Assembly (NCBI GenBank): GCA_947258385.1
Contig: CAMYII010000033.1
Location: forward strand, 31,529 to 95,528
DNA: 64,000 nucleotides
DNA from: Acidiferrobacterales bacterium
Lineage (GTDB): Bacteria; Pseudomonadota; Gammaproteobacteria; Acidiferrobacterales; SZUA-150
Direction: 5' to 3'
The notes below the pieces were generated by a model. The model did not search any database, was not told where the DNA came from, and saw only the letters and a program-made list of their open reading frames with translations. Shown one piece after another: positions 46,101 through 55,091 of the stretch (the stretch's first letter is position 1; every line of letters begins with the position of its first letter). A program made the translations under genes and the position numbers.

Positions 46101-49054
46101 GGTTCTTGGGCCTCCACCATGCGGGTGAAGACCTCGGCCACGCGTCGCGCCTCGTGCTCGGGCATGAGCTCAAACGGCGTCTTGCCGATCAGCGCGTCGG
46201 GGGCAAAGCCCAACAACTCCTGGCACCGGGGACTACAGTAGGTGTAAACACCCTTGGCGTCCACTTCCCATACCCAGTCGGTCGTGTTTTCAACGAGGTT
46301 GCGGAAGCGGTCCTCGCTCTCCCGCAGCGCCTGCTTTGCCCGCTCGCTCTCGGTGATATCGATGATGGAAACGAACACTTTCGCCCATGTGTTCTCATAT
46401 CCCGGCGCAATGGAGAGCGATAGAAAGATTGGCGCTTCATTGCCCACCAGGTCCCGCTGAACCCCTTCGCTCTCAAAGCGGGTGGCGCCTTCAGCGAGGA
46501 CAAGCAGTTCCTCTTGAAACACGCTCAATGAATCGTCTGAAAAGATTGCGCCTAATCCCTGGTAAAGTTGCTCTTTGCTGCTGGCCTTGCAGAGTTTCAG
46601 TGTGGCTTGATTAATGTTGAATATCCGCACCAACGCAGCACAATGAGCCACGAATTCCGGATGCGCCTTGAAGTGGGCTCTAAGGTCAGCGATGGCAGAG
46701 GCCGGTAGGCCGTCAATGAGATCTTTGACTTGCGAGAAATCTTCCTCCCACAGGGAGATCGGCGAATCCTCAAACAGGCTGCGATACCGCGCCTCGCTCT
46801 CGCGCAGCGCCTCCTCCGCCTGTTTGCGCTCGGTGATGTCAAATCCGGTGGAAATCAGCGTCCCGTTTGGCAGCCGAAAGTCGGCCCACAACTGAACGCG
46901 AGTAGAACCGTCTTTTGCCAAAACACTGTATTCACGGAAAACACCATCGGCTTTTTGGATGCAGCCCAACGCCTTCTCGCGTACTTGAGGATCAGGATAA
47001 ACCAACGAAAGCGGATCATCACAAGCGCTGACTTCCTCGGCCTTCCAACCCAGGGTCCTCTCGCATTCCTTGTTCCATAAGAGACAACGCCCACCCTGGT
47101 CGAAGGAATCGATCATAACGGGTGCGTTTTCAAGAATAGTTCTGAATCTGATTTCGCTATCCTGCAGCGCCGCCTCGGCACGCTTGCGTTCGGTAATATC
47201 GCGCACGATCCCGGTAAAGACATGCTGATCACCCGACCGTACCTCGCTTATGGCCAGTTCTAAAGGAAACGTAGAGCCGTCTTTTCGTTGTCCTATTGTC
47301 TCGCGTCCTTTACCGATGATCTTGGCTTTGCCCGTGCGTAGATATTTCTCGATATACTTCTGGTGTTGACTGCGGTCGGGTTCGGGCATCAGCATTGCCA
47401 CATTCTGCCCAACCACCTCTTCCTGCGAGTACCCAAAGATGCGCTCCGCCGCGGGGTTATACGACTCGATGGCGCCATGTTCGTCAATGGCGATAATGCC
47501 ATCGACCGCGGTATCGAGCACCGCCTGCAGGGACTCCCGCTCCTTTTGCAGCGAGTGCGCCGCAGTGACACGTTCGGTGATGTCCGTGATGACAGAGATA
47601 AACCCGGTGAGCCGCCCCTCTTGGTCTCGCTTGTAATTCCAGTCAACCTGGACATCGATAACGCGGCCGTCCTTGGTCACATCTTGCGACATAAAGGGCG
47701 ACGGTTCAGGCTGGTCTTTCACCAGTTGAGCGAAGTAGTCTCGGGTGCGTTCGCGCTCCGCGTCATCGACGGCGAAATCCCAGATCGCCTTCCCCACCAA
47801 CTCACCCTCCTCGTAACCGTAAATGGCGCGATTCGCCCGGTTAGCGAAGGTGATGATGCCGTTGAGATCATTCCCTTGAATCCCATGAGGAACGATTTCG
47901 ACAAGATGCCGATACCTTTCTTCACTGGATCGCAAGGCCTGTTCCGTCCGCTTGCGCCCGGCGACATCTATGAACGACGCCATCAAACAATGCGGACGCT
48001 TGCCGGCATCGAGCACCATGCTCGCGGACAGCTCGACATCGACAAATGAACCGTCCTTTTTCTTCGCGATCAGCTCTCCGCGCCAGCTGCCCTGATTATG
48101 CAGCGCCTTGACGACCTCAGGTGCCTGCTCGGGTGATTGCCAGAAGTCCACTGCGGACCGGCCCAGGACCTCGACGCTGTGGTCATAACCCCAAAGATCG
48201 AGAAACGCGCGGTTCACATAGGTGAGCTCACCCTCGAGATTTGCCATTGCGATGGCATTGATCGCCGAGGCGATGGCGCGATCCTTGACCCCCAAGGCCT
48301 CCTCCGCCCACTTGCGCTCAGTGATGTCCTCGAGTTGCCCGATATAGTAAAGCGGCTTCCCACCCCCATTCGTGACCGGCGACACGCACAGCCGGCCCCA
48401 GACCACGTGGCCGTCGGCGTGGATATAGCGCTTCTCCATCTCGAAGTGCTCGATCTCACCCGAACGTACCCGCGTCTTGTGGCCCGCTTCCGCCTGGCGG
48501 TCGTCGGGGTGGGTGATGGCGGGAACCGTTGTAGAAAGCAGTTGTTCTTCGGTGTAACCCAGAATCTCGCACAGGGCCCCGTTGACCTGCATGAATCGTT
48601 CGTTGACGTCTATCAGGGCCATGCCGATCGGTGCATGGTCAAAGGCACGCCGGAAACGTTCTTCGTTTTCGCTGTGCGCTTCCGCCGCCCGCTTGTGGTC
48701 ACGCAGGTCACGCAATGAGGCAAACAAATACGGCTCCGGTCCTATATCCACGTAGCGTAGCGTCACTTGAAGATCGACCGGCTGCCCGTCCTTGGTCCGC
48801 TGGCAGGTCACAAAGCGGCTCTCGCCGCTCGCAATGGTCTGATCAATGTGGTGCTTAAGCTCGGTGGGATTGTCGGCGGCGTCGAGCCCGGCCAGGGTCA
48901 TGCCGAGAAGCTCTTCCTTGGAATATCCGAGCAGCTGACAGTAGGCCTGATTGACCTCCCGCACCCGCCCGTCCGTCTCTGTAATGCAGAGTCCGTCAGT
49001 AGTAACGTCTCTTAGCGGCGTGCCTTGCCAATTGACTTCTGCTTTTTGATCCAC
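43088..49054 (-). CDS. giant cytoplasmic sensor: about 12 PAS/PAC modules, then GGDEF and EAL domains
   Basis: 1988 aa with a GTG start. It has recurrent DITERK..E.AL linkers, then RVGGDEFAIVL, then EALLRW...DDFGTGYSSLSYL. It converges on ctaA with a 13-nt overlap. Confidence 0.95.
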   Translation of the reverse strand: MDQKAEVNWQGTPLRDVTTDGLCITETDGRVREVNQAYCQLLGYSKEELLGMTLAGLDAADNPTELKHHIDQTIASGESRFVTCQRTKDGQPVDLQVTLRYVDIGPEPYLFASLRDLRDHKRAAEAHSENEERFRRAFDHAPIGMALIDVNERFMQVNGALCEILGYTEEQLLSTTVPAITHPDDRQAEAGHKTRVRSGEIEHFEMEKRYIHADGHVVWGRLCVSPVTNGGGKPLYYIGQLEDITERKWAEEALGVKDRAIASAINAIAMANLEGELTYVNRAFLDLWGYDHSVEVLGRSAVDFWQSPEQAPEVVKALHNQGSWRGELIAKKKDGSFVDVELSASMVLDAGKRPHCLMASFIDVAGRKRTEQALRSSEERYRHLVEIVPHGIQGNDLNGIITFANRANRAIYGYEEGELVGKAIWDFAVDDAERERTRDYFAQLVKDQPEPSPFMSQDVTKDGRVIDVQVDWNYKRDQEGRLTGFISVITDITERVTAAHSLQKERESLQAVLDTAVDGIIAIDEHGAIESYNPAAERIFGYSQEEVVGQNVAMLMPEPDRSQHQKYIEKYLRTGKAKIIGKGRETIGQRKDGSTFPLELAISEVRSGDQHVFTGIVRDITERKRAEAALQDSEIRFRTILENAPVMIDSFDQGGRCLLWNKECERTLGWKAEEVSACDDPLSLVYPDPQVREKALGCIQKADGVFREYSVLAKDGSTRVQLWADFRLPNGTLISTGFDITERKQAEEALRESEARYRSLFEDSPISLWEEDFSQVKDLIDGLPASAIADLRAHFKAHPEFVAHCAALVRIFNINQATLKLCKASSKEQLYQGLGAIFSDDSLSVFQEELLVLAEGATRFESEGVQRDLVGNEAPIFLSLSIAPGYENTWAKVFVSIIDITESERAKQALRESEDRFRNLVENTTDWVWEVDAKGVYTYCSPRCQELLGFAPDALIGKTPFELMPEHEARRVAEVFTRMVEAQEPFARLENSNRHRDGRNVILETSGVPVFEPDGTLRGYRGIDRDITERKRVERELHESQRVLNTLMSNLPGMAYRCRHNEDWSSEFVSEGCLALTGYAPDDFVANKNISFQQCIHPDDLDAVSNDIEIAIQGKKSFELVYRLVTATGEIKWVWEQGRGVYAPDGALAALEGFITDITDRKQAEDKIAASEQELSTILDSMQDTYYRTDREGRLTRVSPSVLELSGHTQEEIIGTLLADHYVNPDDRIRFLEKLKAQGGVVLNHETLLKAKDGSPVWVSTNAHYYYDQHGNIAGVEGTTRNITQLKQAEELQRRFGRILDNSFNEIYIFDAETLHFLQVNRGGLNNLGYASEEIKQLTPLDLKRDFSREAFMELIRPLREGSEEKVVFVTRHRRNDGSYYPVDVNLQLARDETPPVFVAIIQDISERLQAQEALRESETQVRLSKAQMVKLSRALEQTADSISVMDRGGLIEYVNAAFEKITGYSTEEVIGTKGSVTGSGHRAQDSDSALWQKLLAGEVVSDVLINRRKDGGLFYEENTITPIKDNDGNITHFVSSGKDITERMQTEQRLQYLVHHDALTELPNRALFMDRVSQILARAQWRDRAVAVLFLDLDRFKIINDTLGHEAGDRSLQRLSKRLTTCVRDGDTVARVGGDEFAIVLDDIALADSVAIVARKILEALPRPFVIDGHEFYVTTSIGISLYPEDGVDAQTLLKHADIAMYRSKEQGRNTYQFYSEHMSTKAFERLNLETSLRHALEREEFRLYYQPQVDLESGRVTGVEALLRWQHPDLGLVAPVDFIPLLEETGLILPVGEWVLWTACNQIKSWQEAGLEPVRMAINLSGRQFDEPHLVDRITEIMREAGLDPIWLEFEITESVLMKNERPTMEAFQALEAAGVRFAIDDFGTGYSSLSYLKRFPIDTIKIDRSFIRDVTVDPDDAAIAQAIIAMGRSLKLHVIAEGVETQEQLAFLREQQCHGMQGYLFSRPVPAEEITPLLQKTLSEIDQNE

Positions 49055-49507
49055 GAAAACCTACTCGCTTTACCTGTCCGATGCTGAGGAAGCCTTGCTC
49101 TTGGTTTTGATCCTTTACTCACTGTGTCGGTCGATATGGTTAGAGGGAAAGCCAGCCATTACCGCGTGGCGCCTGTAGCAGGCAATGCACGATAAATGGC
49201 GTTAACAATTGGCGTACAAAAAAGAATAGCCGCTCGCTGTGCCATCGGCTAGCTCAGGCATGGATGAAAATATGACAAAAACCACCTAATAAATCTGTTA
49301 ATTTTTGTAAAGAAAGCCCTGAATAAATCAGCACTTCCCGCGATCCAGGGATGCAAACACCTAGTAATGGTCTGAAAAATGGGGCGGGCCGCAGGGGGCG
49401 GCAGCACATGCGCCGCGGCGAAATGCCGGCACGTGAGGCCGTACGGCCGCGAGTGTCTGCCTTAGACAACCGGGCACGGCCGCGCGCAACGCCGCGGACA
49501 GACCGTG

Positions 49508-52297
49508 TCAAGCCCCCACAACCGACAGCTTTTTCTGAAACAGCGGAACAATATCCTCGGCCGGCAGTGGCGGGCTGAACAGATTCCCCTGCAGGCCGTC
49601 GCAACGCTGCGCGCGCAGGAATGCCAGTTGGTCCTGGGTCTCGACCCCTTCGGCGATCACGTCCAGCTTCAGGCTCCGGGCCATGGCGATGATGGCCTGG
49701 ACGATGGCGGCGTCGTCAGGATCGGTCGTCACGTCGCGAACGAATGAGCGGTCGATCTTGAGAATATCGATGGGAAACCGTTTGAGATAGCTGAGCGAGG
49801 AATACCCAGTACCAAAGTCGTCGATGGCGATGCGCACGCCCAGCGCCCCCAGCGTCTGAAATGTGTCCATCGTCAGCTGCGTGTGTTGCATGATGACGCT
49901 TTCGGTGATCTCGATCTCGAGGCAGTGCGGATCCAGTCCTGTTTCGTCGAGAATACTGGCCACAGTCTCGGCAAAATTCGACTCGGTAAACTGACGGCTG
50001 GACAAATTGATGGCGATACGCCCGGGTTCGAGGCCCGCCTGCTGCCAGGCGCGCATCTGCGAACAAGCCGTCTGCAGCACCCATTCGCCGACGGGGATGA
50101 TAAGACCCGTCTCTTCCAAAAGCGGTATGAAATCATCGAGCGGCACCAATCCCAGCTCCGGATGCCGCCAGCGCAACAGGGCCTCCACACCGGTCACCTT
50201 GCGCGTGGTCAGATCGACCTGGGGCTGGTAGTGGAGCAGAAATTCAAGGCGCTGCATGGCGTGGCGCAGGCTGGTTTCCAGATTCAAGCGCGTAAAGGCG
50301 CTGATACCCATATCGGCGGAATAGAACTGGAAGGTATTGCGCCCTTCTTCCTTGGCGCTGTACATCGCCGTATCGGCGTTTTTGAGCAGCTCGGCGCCAT
50401 CGGCACCGTCGCCGGGAAACACGCTGATACCTATACTGACGGTCACAAACAACTCACGCCCGTCAACTACCATCGGGCGGGAAAGGGCATTGATGATATT
50501 ACGCGCCACCGTAGGAACATCTTCCTGCGAGGCGATGTCCTCGAGCAGCACGGTGAATTCATCGCCGCCAAGCCGGCCGACGGTATCGCCTTCGCGGACG
50601 CATTTCTTGAGCCGGGACGCCACGGCCTGCAGCAGGCGGTCGCCGATCTCATGGCCGAGGGTGTCGTTGATTACCTTGAAACGGTCCAAGTCCAGGAACA
50701 ACACCGCCACCGCCCAATTGTTCCAACGCGCCCGGGCAATGGCCTGATTGAGTCGATCGAGAAACAGCACGCGATTCGGCAAGCCCGTCAGTACATCATG
50801 ATGGGCGAGATATTGAAGGTGCTCCTGTACCTGCATGCGCTCGGTGATGTTCTTACCGGTGGAAATAAACTCGGTGATTTCCCCGTGCTCATCCCTGAGC
50901 GGCGTAATCGTCGTTTCTTCGTAATAGAGCTCGCCGTTCTTCTTGCGGTTGATGAACACATCCCTGAACACCCGTCCGCTGACAATGGTCCCCCAAAGCC
51001 GCTGGTAGAACTCCCTACCCAGCCCCCCGGACTTGATCAGTCGCGGCGTCTTGCCGATGACCTCATCGGCACTGTATCCCGTGGTTTCCCCGAATGCCCT
51101 GTTGACATATTTGATCACGCCCAAGCGATCGGTGATGATCACCGAATCGGCCGTCTGCTCGAGCGCGCTCGACAACTCGTCACGCTGAGTCTCGACGTGC
51201 TTGCGCTCGGTGATATCGGTCTGCACCGCCACGTACTGATAGGGCTTACCGTTCTGATCGACGAAGGGCACGATGGTGGCGTTCACCCAGTAGAAACCAC
51301 CGTCTTTTCTGCACTGCTTGAGCTCGCCGCGCCAGACCTTGCCTTGTCTGATGATCGCCCACAGCTCCTCGAAAAAGGCCTCGGGATAGAAGTCCGCGGC
51401 GAGGAAATGCTGGTTCAGCCGCAGCAAGTCCTCGCGCGGGTAGCCGCTGATCTGACAGAACGTGTCATTGACGTATGTGATACGGCCGTCGACATCGGTA
51501 ATGCTCACAATCGAGCTCTCGTCGAGGGCGAATTTCTGGTCCCTGAGATCTTTCGCGGTCTCGAACAGCCGCGCGGAGGCGTCGTTGAGGGCATCCGCCA
51601 GGGCCGAGATCTCCACCGCACTGTCATCCACCGGCATCTGGCTGCCCTTTAATTCATAAAGTTTCTGGGCAAACTGGGTCGCCACGTGGATGGCCGACAT
51701 CCTCCTTCTAAGCAGCAGCACCAACAGCGCGACGCCGGCGGACAGTGCGAACAGACCGGCGATCAGCGTGTCGCGCCACATCTGTGTTTGTGCGTGATCT
51801 ATGAGCTCGAGACTGTAGTGAATCTTGACCCAGCCAAGCAGCGTACCGGCGATGACGGGGTGCCACTGCACCAGGCTTTTATGCTCCACACGGGTCACGG
51901 GCTCGGTGGGTACCGGGGGGACGAGACGCTCTGCGCCGAAACGGACAACCGGCGTTCCGTCCGGCCCACGCTCGATATCGCCGACGAGCTCGCCTGTCAC
52001 ATCGCTTACCTGGATTCGAGTGACCTCGGGGAAATCGCTGGCCTTGACGAGCAGCTGCTCCAGTGACGCGAAATCACTGGCGAGCAGATAATCGGCGCTC
52101 GCGGCCGCGAGGTTCCTGGCCAGGGCCTGCACCTGCTGCCGCATGGAGCTTGCGGCGAAATCCGCCTGCTTGCCGGCGGTATACCAGCTGTAGGCGACCA
52201 GGGTCGCGGTCAGGAGTAAGGCGCCGAGCAGTGACACCTGGGTGACCAGCCGCCGCGGCAGCAACCAGGACCTTGCACGCGCCAGGCCTTTCATCAT
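49508..52297 (-). CDS. membrane sensor: TM-periplasmic-TM, then PAS x2, GGDEF and EAL
   Basis: 929 aa. Has two hydrophobic segments (LLGALLLTATLVAY and LIAGLFALSAGVALLVLLL), RLGGDEFTVLL and EALLRW. The C-terminal ~600 aa are alignable block by block with the 1988-aa neighbour. Confidence 0.95.
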   Translation of the reverse strand: MMKGLARARSWLLPRRLVTQVSLLGALLLTATLVAYSWYTAGKQADFAASSMRQQVQALARNLAAASADYLLASDFASLEQLLVKASDFPEVTRIQVSDVTGELVGDIERGPDGTPVVRFGAERLVPPVPTEPVTRVEHKSLVQWHPVIAGTLLGWVKIHYSLELIDHAQTQMWRDTLIAGLFALSAGVALLVLLLRRRMSAIHVATQFAQKLYELKGSQMPVDDSAVEISALADALNDASARLFETAKDLRDQKFALDESSIVSITDVDGRITYVNDTFCQISGYPREDLLRLNQHFLAADFYPEAFFEELWAIIRQGKVWRGELKQCRKDGGFYWVNATIVPFVDQNGKPYQYVAVQTDITERKHVETQRDELSSALEQTADSVIITDRLGVIKYVNRAFGETTGYSADEVIGKTPRLIKSGGLGREFYQRLWGTIVSGRVFRDVFINRKKNGELYYEETTITPLRDEHGEITEFISTGKNITERMQVQEHLQYLAHHDVLTGLPNRVLFLDRLNQAIARARWNNWAVAVLFLDLDRFKVINDTLGHEIGDRLLQAVASRLKKCVREGDTVGRLGGDEFTVLLEDIASQEDVPTVARNIINALSRPMVVDGRELFVTVSIGISVFPGDGADGAELLKNADTAMYSAKEEGRNTFQFYSADMGISAFTRLNLETSLRHAMQRLEFLLHYQPQVDLTTRKVTGVEALLRWRHPELGLVPLDDFIPLLEETGLIIPVGEWVLQTACSQMRAWQQAGLEPGRIAINLSSRQFTESNFAETVASILDETGLDPHCLEIEITESVIMQHTQLTMDTFQTLGALGVRIAIDDFGTGYSSLSYLKRFPIDILKIDRSFVRDVTTDPDDAAIVQAIIAMARSLKLDVIAEGVETQDQLAFLRAQRCDGLQGNLFSPPLPAEDIVPLFQKKLSVVGA

Positions 52298-53337
52298 CGC
52301 CCTCCGTCGACCCGCGACAGATATTTGTCCAGATCGAGCCGCTCGAGCGACTGATAATCCCTTGCGTATTGCGCCCTCACCGGTTTTGGCAACTGGACGG
52401 CTTCAAGCAATCGCAGGCCGTTGGGTTTATCGCGCGGAAGATCCAATATGGCCCGGGTCACGGCCTCGCGCAGCACCGCCGGGACCCGCGGGTGCGCACA
52501 CAGGGGATGCGGCGCCAGACCAGGGCCGGTATATACGGTGCGCAGTTGGTCCCTGATAGCTGAGGATTCCCTCGCCAGGGTCCCTTCCACCCCGCCACCG
52601 GCCGTGGCCTTGCCGAGAATGATATGACGATACACATTCGGATGGGTCAGGACATAGCGCGGAATGAACTCTATGTTTTTATCGGTCAACAAGGCGCGGG
52701 CATACAGTGATGCGGCAAAGGCGTTGGGCGAGGGAAACGCTATCAGCTTGCCGTTGAGGTCTTGCAGTGTCCTGATCTGACTGTCCTTCTTGACCACCAG
52801 AATGGTCTTCAGGGCCCGGGCACTGTCACGCACCAGCGGGATGTAGCCCTGCTGTTTTTTTGCCTTGATCGCCTGATAGGGATTCATAAAGGCGAAATCA
52901 GGTCCGCCGCGCAGCACCGCGACCTCAAAACCGGGAATGCTGTCGTGCAGCTTCAATTGGATCGAGGCCCCGGTCTCCCGCGACAGATACTCGACCAGCG
53001 GTGTCCAGTCGCGGTGGATAACGAGCCGCGGAAACTGCGGAACGACTTCCAGGGTGTAACTCGGCTGTGCATTGGCCTGGCCGATTGGAACACAAAAAAA
53101 CAGAAGGTAACACAGGCACCAACCAGCCAGGTGGGGCAGACCCCTGACCTCAGGAGCGGCACTGGCGGCGCGATCCCCTGCCGCCCGCCTGACGGCCGTC
53201 CTCGGCCCCGTGTTTGCAGGCAGGCACACGGGCTCTCCGGCGGCCAAAGTGGCTTGCTTCCGCTGCGAAAGCCGGTCCCGGCGCGTGCGACGGACAGTGC
53301 CCATCACCGCACCCCATAGCGTCCCTGGATATGGCAT
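52294..53337 (-). CDS. PhnD-like (phosphonate/phosphite-type) periplasmic substrate-binding protein
   Basis: YTLEVVPQFP...W.PLVEYL...YQAIKAKK...VVKKDS...GKLIAFPSPNAFAAS is the PhnD/PBP2 pattern. The stop overlaps the sensor ATG (ATGA). The first ~90 residues of the ORF look non-native, so the true start is uncertain. Confidence 0.75.
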   Translation of the reverse strand: MPYPGTLWGAVMGTVRRTRRDRLSQRKQATLAAGEPVCLPANTGPRTAVRRAAGDRAASAAPEVRGLPHLAGWCLCYLLFFCVPIGQANAQPSYTLEVVPQFPRLVIHRDWTPLVEYLSRETGASIQLKLHDSIPGFEVAVLRGGPDFAFMNPYQAIKAKKQQGYIPLVRDSARALKTILVVKKDSQIRTLQDLNGKLIAFPSPNAFAASLYARALLTDKNIEFIPRYVLTHPNVYRHIILGKATAGGGVEGTLARESSAIRDQLRTVYTGPGLAPHPLCAHPRVPAVLREAVTRAILDLPRDKPNGLRLLEAVQLPKPVRAQYARDYQSLERLDLDKYLSRVDGGR

Positions 53338-53616
53338 CGTTGACCTTGCAATAAGAGCGGGCCCTGGGCTTTTCTTGGCCAGAGTTCAGACAGGCAAGTC
53401 TGGGGCTCCCCTCATATAATCAAGTATAGCGCTGCGGGGGCAGTGCGTGCGACCGCTGCCCGGCGGATTCCAGTCATTTATCGCGGCGATCGATACGGAT
53501 TCCCGCGATTCGGCGCCCCAACGATGGGCGGGGCGCGCGCCGGGACCGACACCGCTCTCGGGATGCCTAGGCCGCGTCAATGTCGCCGGCCCGGCGTCAC
53601 ACCGGCGAGGGCAGAG

Positions 53617-53630
53617 TTGACGCAGGTCAA
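53617..53630. promoter_or_regulatory. FNR/DNR-type box TTGACGCAGGTCAA
   Basis: It has the same half-sites as the 41927 box. TAGTCT (53653-53658) begins 29.5 nt from the box centre, which is the class II spacing. The first ATG of the downstream gene is at 53690. Confidence 0.55.
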
Positions 53631-53757
53631 GTTCACTTAACGTCGTCTAAGCTAGTCTTATCCGTTTTCTTAAAAGGACCTCGACCCACATGATCAAAAC
53701 CCCGTTTCCCGCGCTTAGCCTCCACGGCCACCGCTTGCTCCCTATTATCCAGGGGGC

Positions 53758-54864
53758 ATGGGCGTAGGTGTATCGGCCCACCGGCTGGCTGGCAGCGTGG
53801 CCAAAGAAGGCGCGATCGGCACCATCGCGAGCGTGGATCTGCGGCGTCTGCACCTGGATCTGATGCAGCGCACCCGCAAGTGCCGCGACCCGCAGGCATT
53901 GGCCGCGACCAGTCTCGAGGCGCTGGAACGAGAGCTCCACTCCGCCCGCAAGATCTGCGGCCCAAAGGGCTTTCTCGCCGTCAATGTGATGCGGGCGCTC
54001 AGCCAGTACGTCGACCAGGTACGGGTAGCATGCGAGTCCGGCGCCAACGCCATTATCGTCGGCGCCGGGCTGCCGCTGGACCTGCCGGACCTGGTGGCCG
54101 GGCACAAGGATGTTGCGCTCATCCCGATATTGTCCGAGGCGCGGGGCGTGGCGGCGGTGTTAAAAAAGTGGATGCGCAAAGGAAGGCTGCCGGATGCCAT
54201 TGTCATCGAGCACTCGCGTTACGCCGGCGGCCATCTGGGCGCGAGCGGACTGGATGATGTCGACAACAGCAGGTTCGATTTCAAACGCGTCCTGCGCGAG
54301 GTGCGGGAGGTGTTCAAGCGGCTCGGTGTGGCCCTGGAGAGGATACCCCTGATCCCGGCAGGCGGCATCAATTCCTTCGAGAAACTGCGCGCGATGTTCG
54401 ACCTCGGCGCCCGCGGCGCGCAGATCGGCACACCGTTTGCTGTCACCGAGGAATGCGACGCCCATCCCAACTTCAAGAAAGTACTGGCAGAGGCCAGGTC
54501 GGAAGATATCGTGACTTTCATGAGCGCGGCCGGATTACCGGCACGCGCCGTGATGACGCCATGGCTGCAACGCTATCTGCGCAAAGAAGACAAGCTCAAG
54601 GCCAAGGCCGATCCGCAATGCTCGCAGTGTCCCAGCAAGCTGCAGTGTCTGACCCATTGCGGTTTCAAGGACGGTAACGCCCAGGCCGGCCAGTTCTGCA
54701 TCGAAACCCAACTGGCTGCGGCACAGCGGGGCAACGTTGAGCACGGCCTGTTTTTCCGCGGCGCCGAATCACTGCCCTTCGGCAATGAAATCCGCAAGGT
54801 CCACGAGCTGCTGGAGCTGCTGCTCACCGGCAACCGCCCGCTTGACGGGACCGTACACGCCTGA
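53758..54864 (+). CDS. nitronate monooxygenase / NAD(P)H-flavin oxidoreductase-like (NMO family), with the 5' end frameshifted
   Basis: Contains GMGVGVS...AKEGAIGTIASV...GAGLP. The conserved upstream LPIIQG segment is encoded from ATG 53690 in another frame (see finding). Confidence 0.8.
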   Translation: MGVGVSAHRLAGSVAKEGAIGTIASVDLRRLHLDLMQRTRKCRDPQALAATSLEALERELHSARKICGPKGFLAVNVMRALSQYVDQVRVACESGANAIIVGAGLPLDLPDLVAGHKDVALIPILSEARGVAAVLKKWMRKGRLPDAIVIEHSRYAGGHLGASGLDDVDNSRFDFKRVLREVREVFKRLGVALERIPLIPAGGINSFEKLRAMFDLGARGAQIGTPFAVTEECDAHPNFKKVLAEARSEDIVTFMSAAGLPARAVMTPWLQRYLRKEDKLKAKADPQCSQCPSKLQCLTHCGFKDGNAQAGQFCIETQLAAAQRGNVEHGLFFRGAESLPFGNEIRKVHELLELLLTGNRPLDGTVHA

Positions 54865-55091
54865 AGGATTGTGGACAAGATAAGGGATACGACGACACCT
54901 CTCCGTGGCCGTGCCGCCGGAACAAAAGGCATATTTCCGGCTTTTCGCAGGCTGCAATGCGTCGTGCCTGGCCAGGCGAAGATTCCCTGTGGTTGTCAGG
55001 ACAAATCTGTCATGGTGGCCGGCTGTCGGTTACCATTGGAGGAACAGAGGGAAGCCGGCAGAGAAACGATGATTGAATGCAGTGGAGCGCT

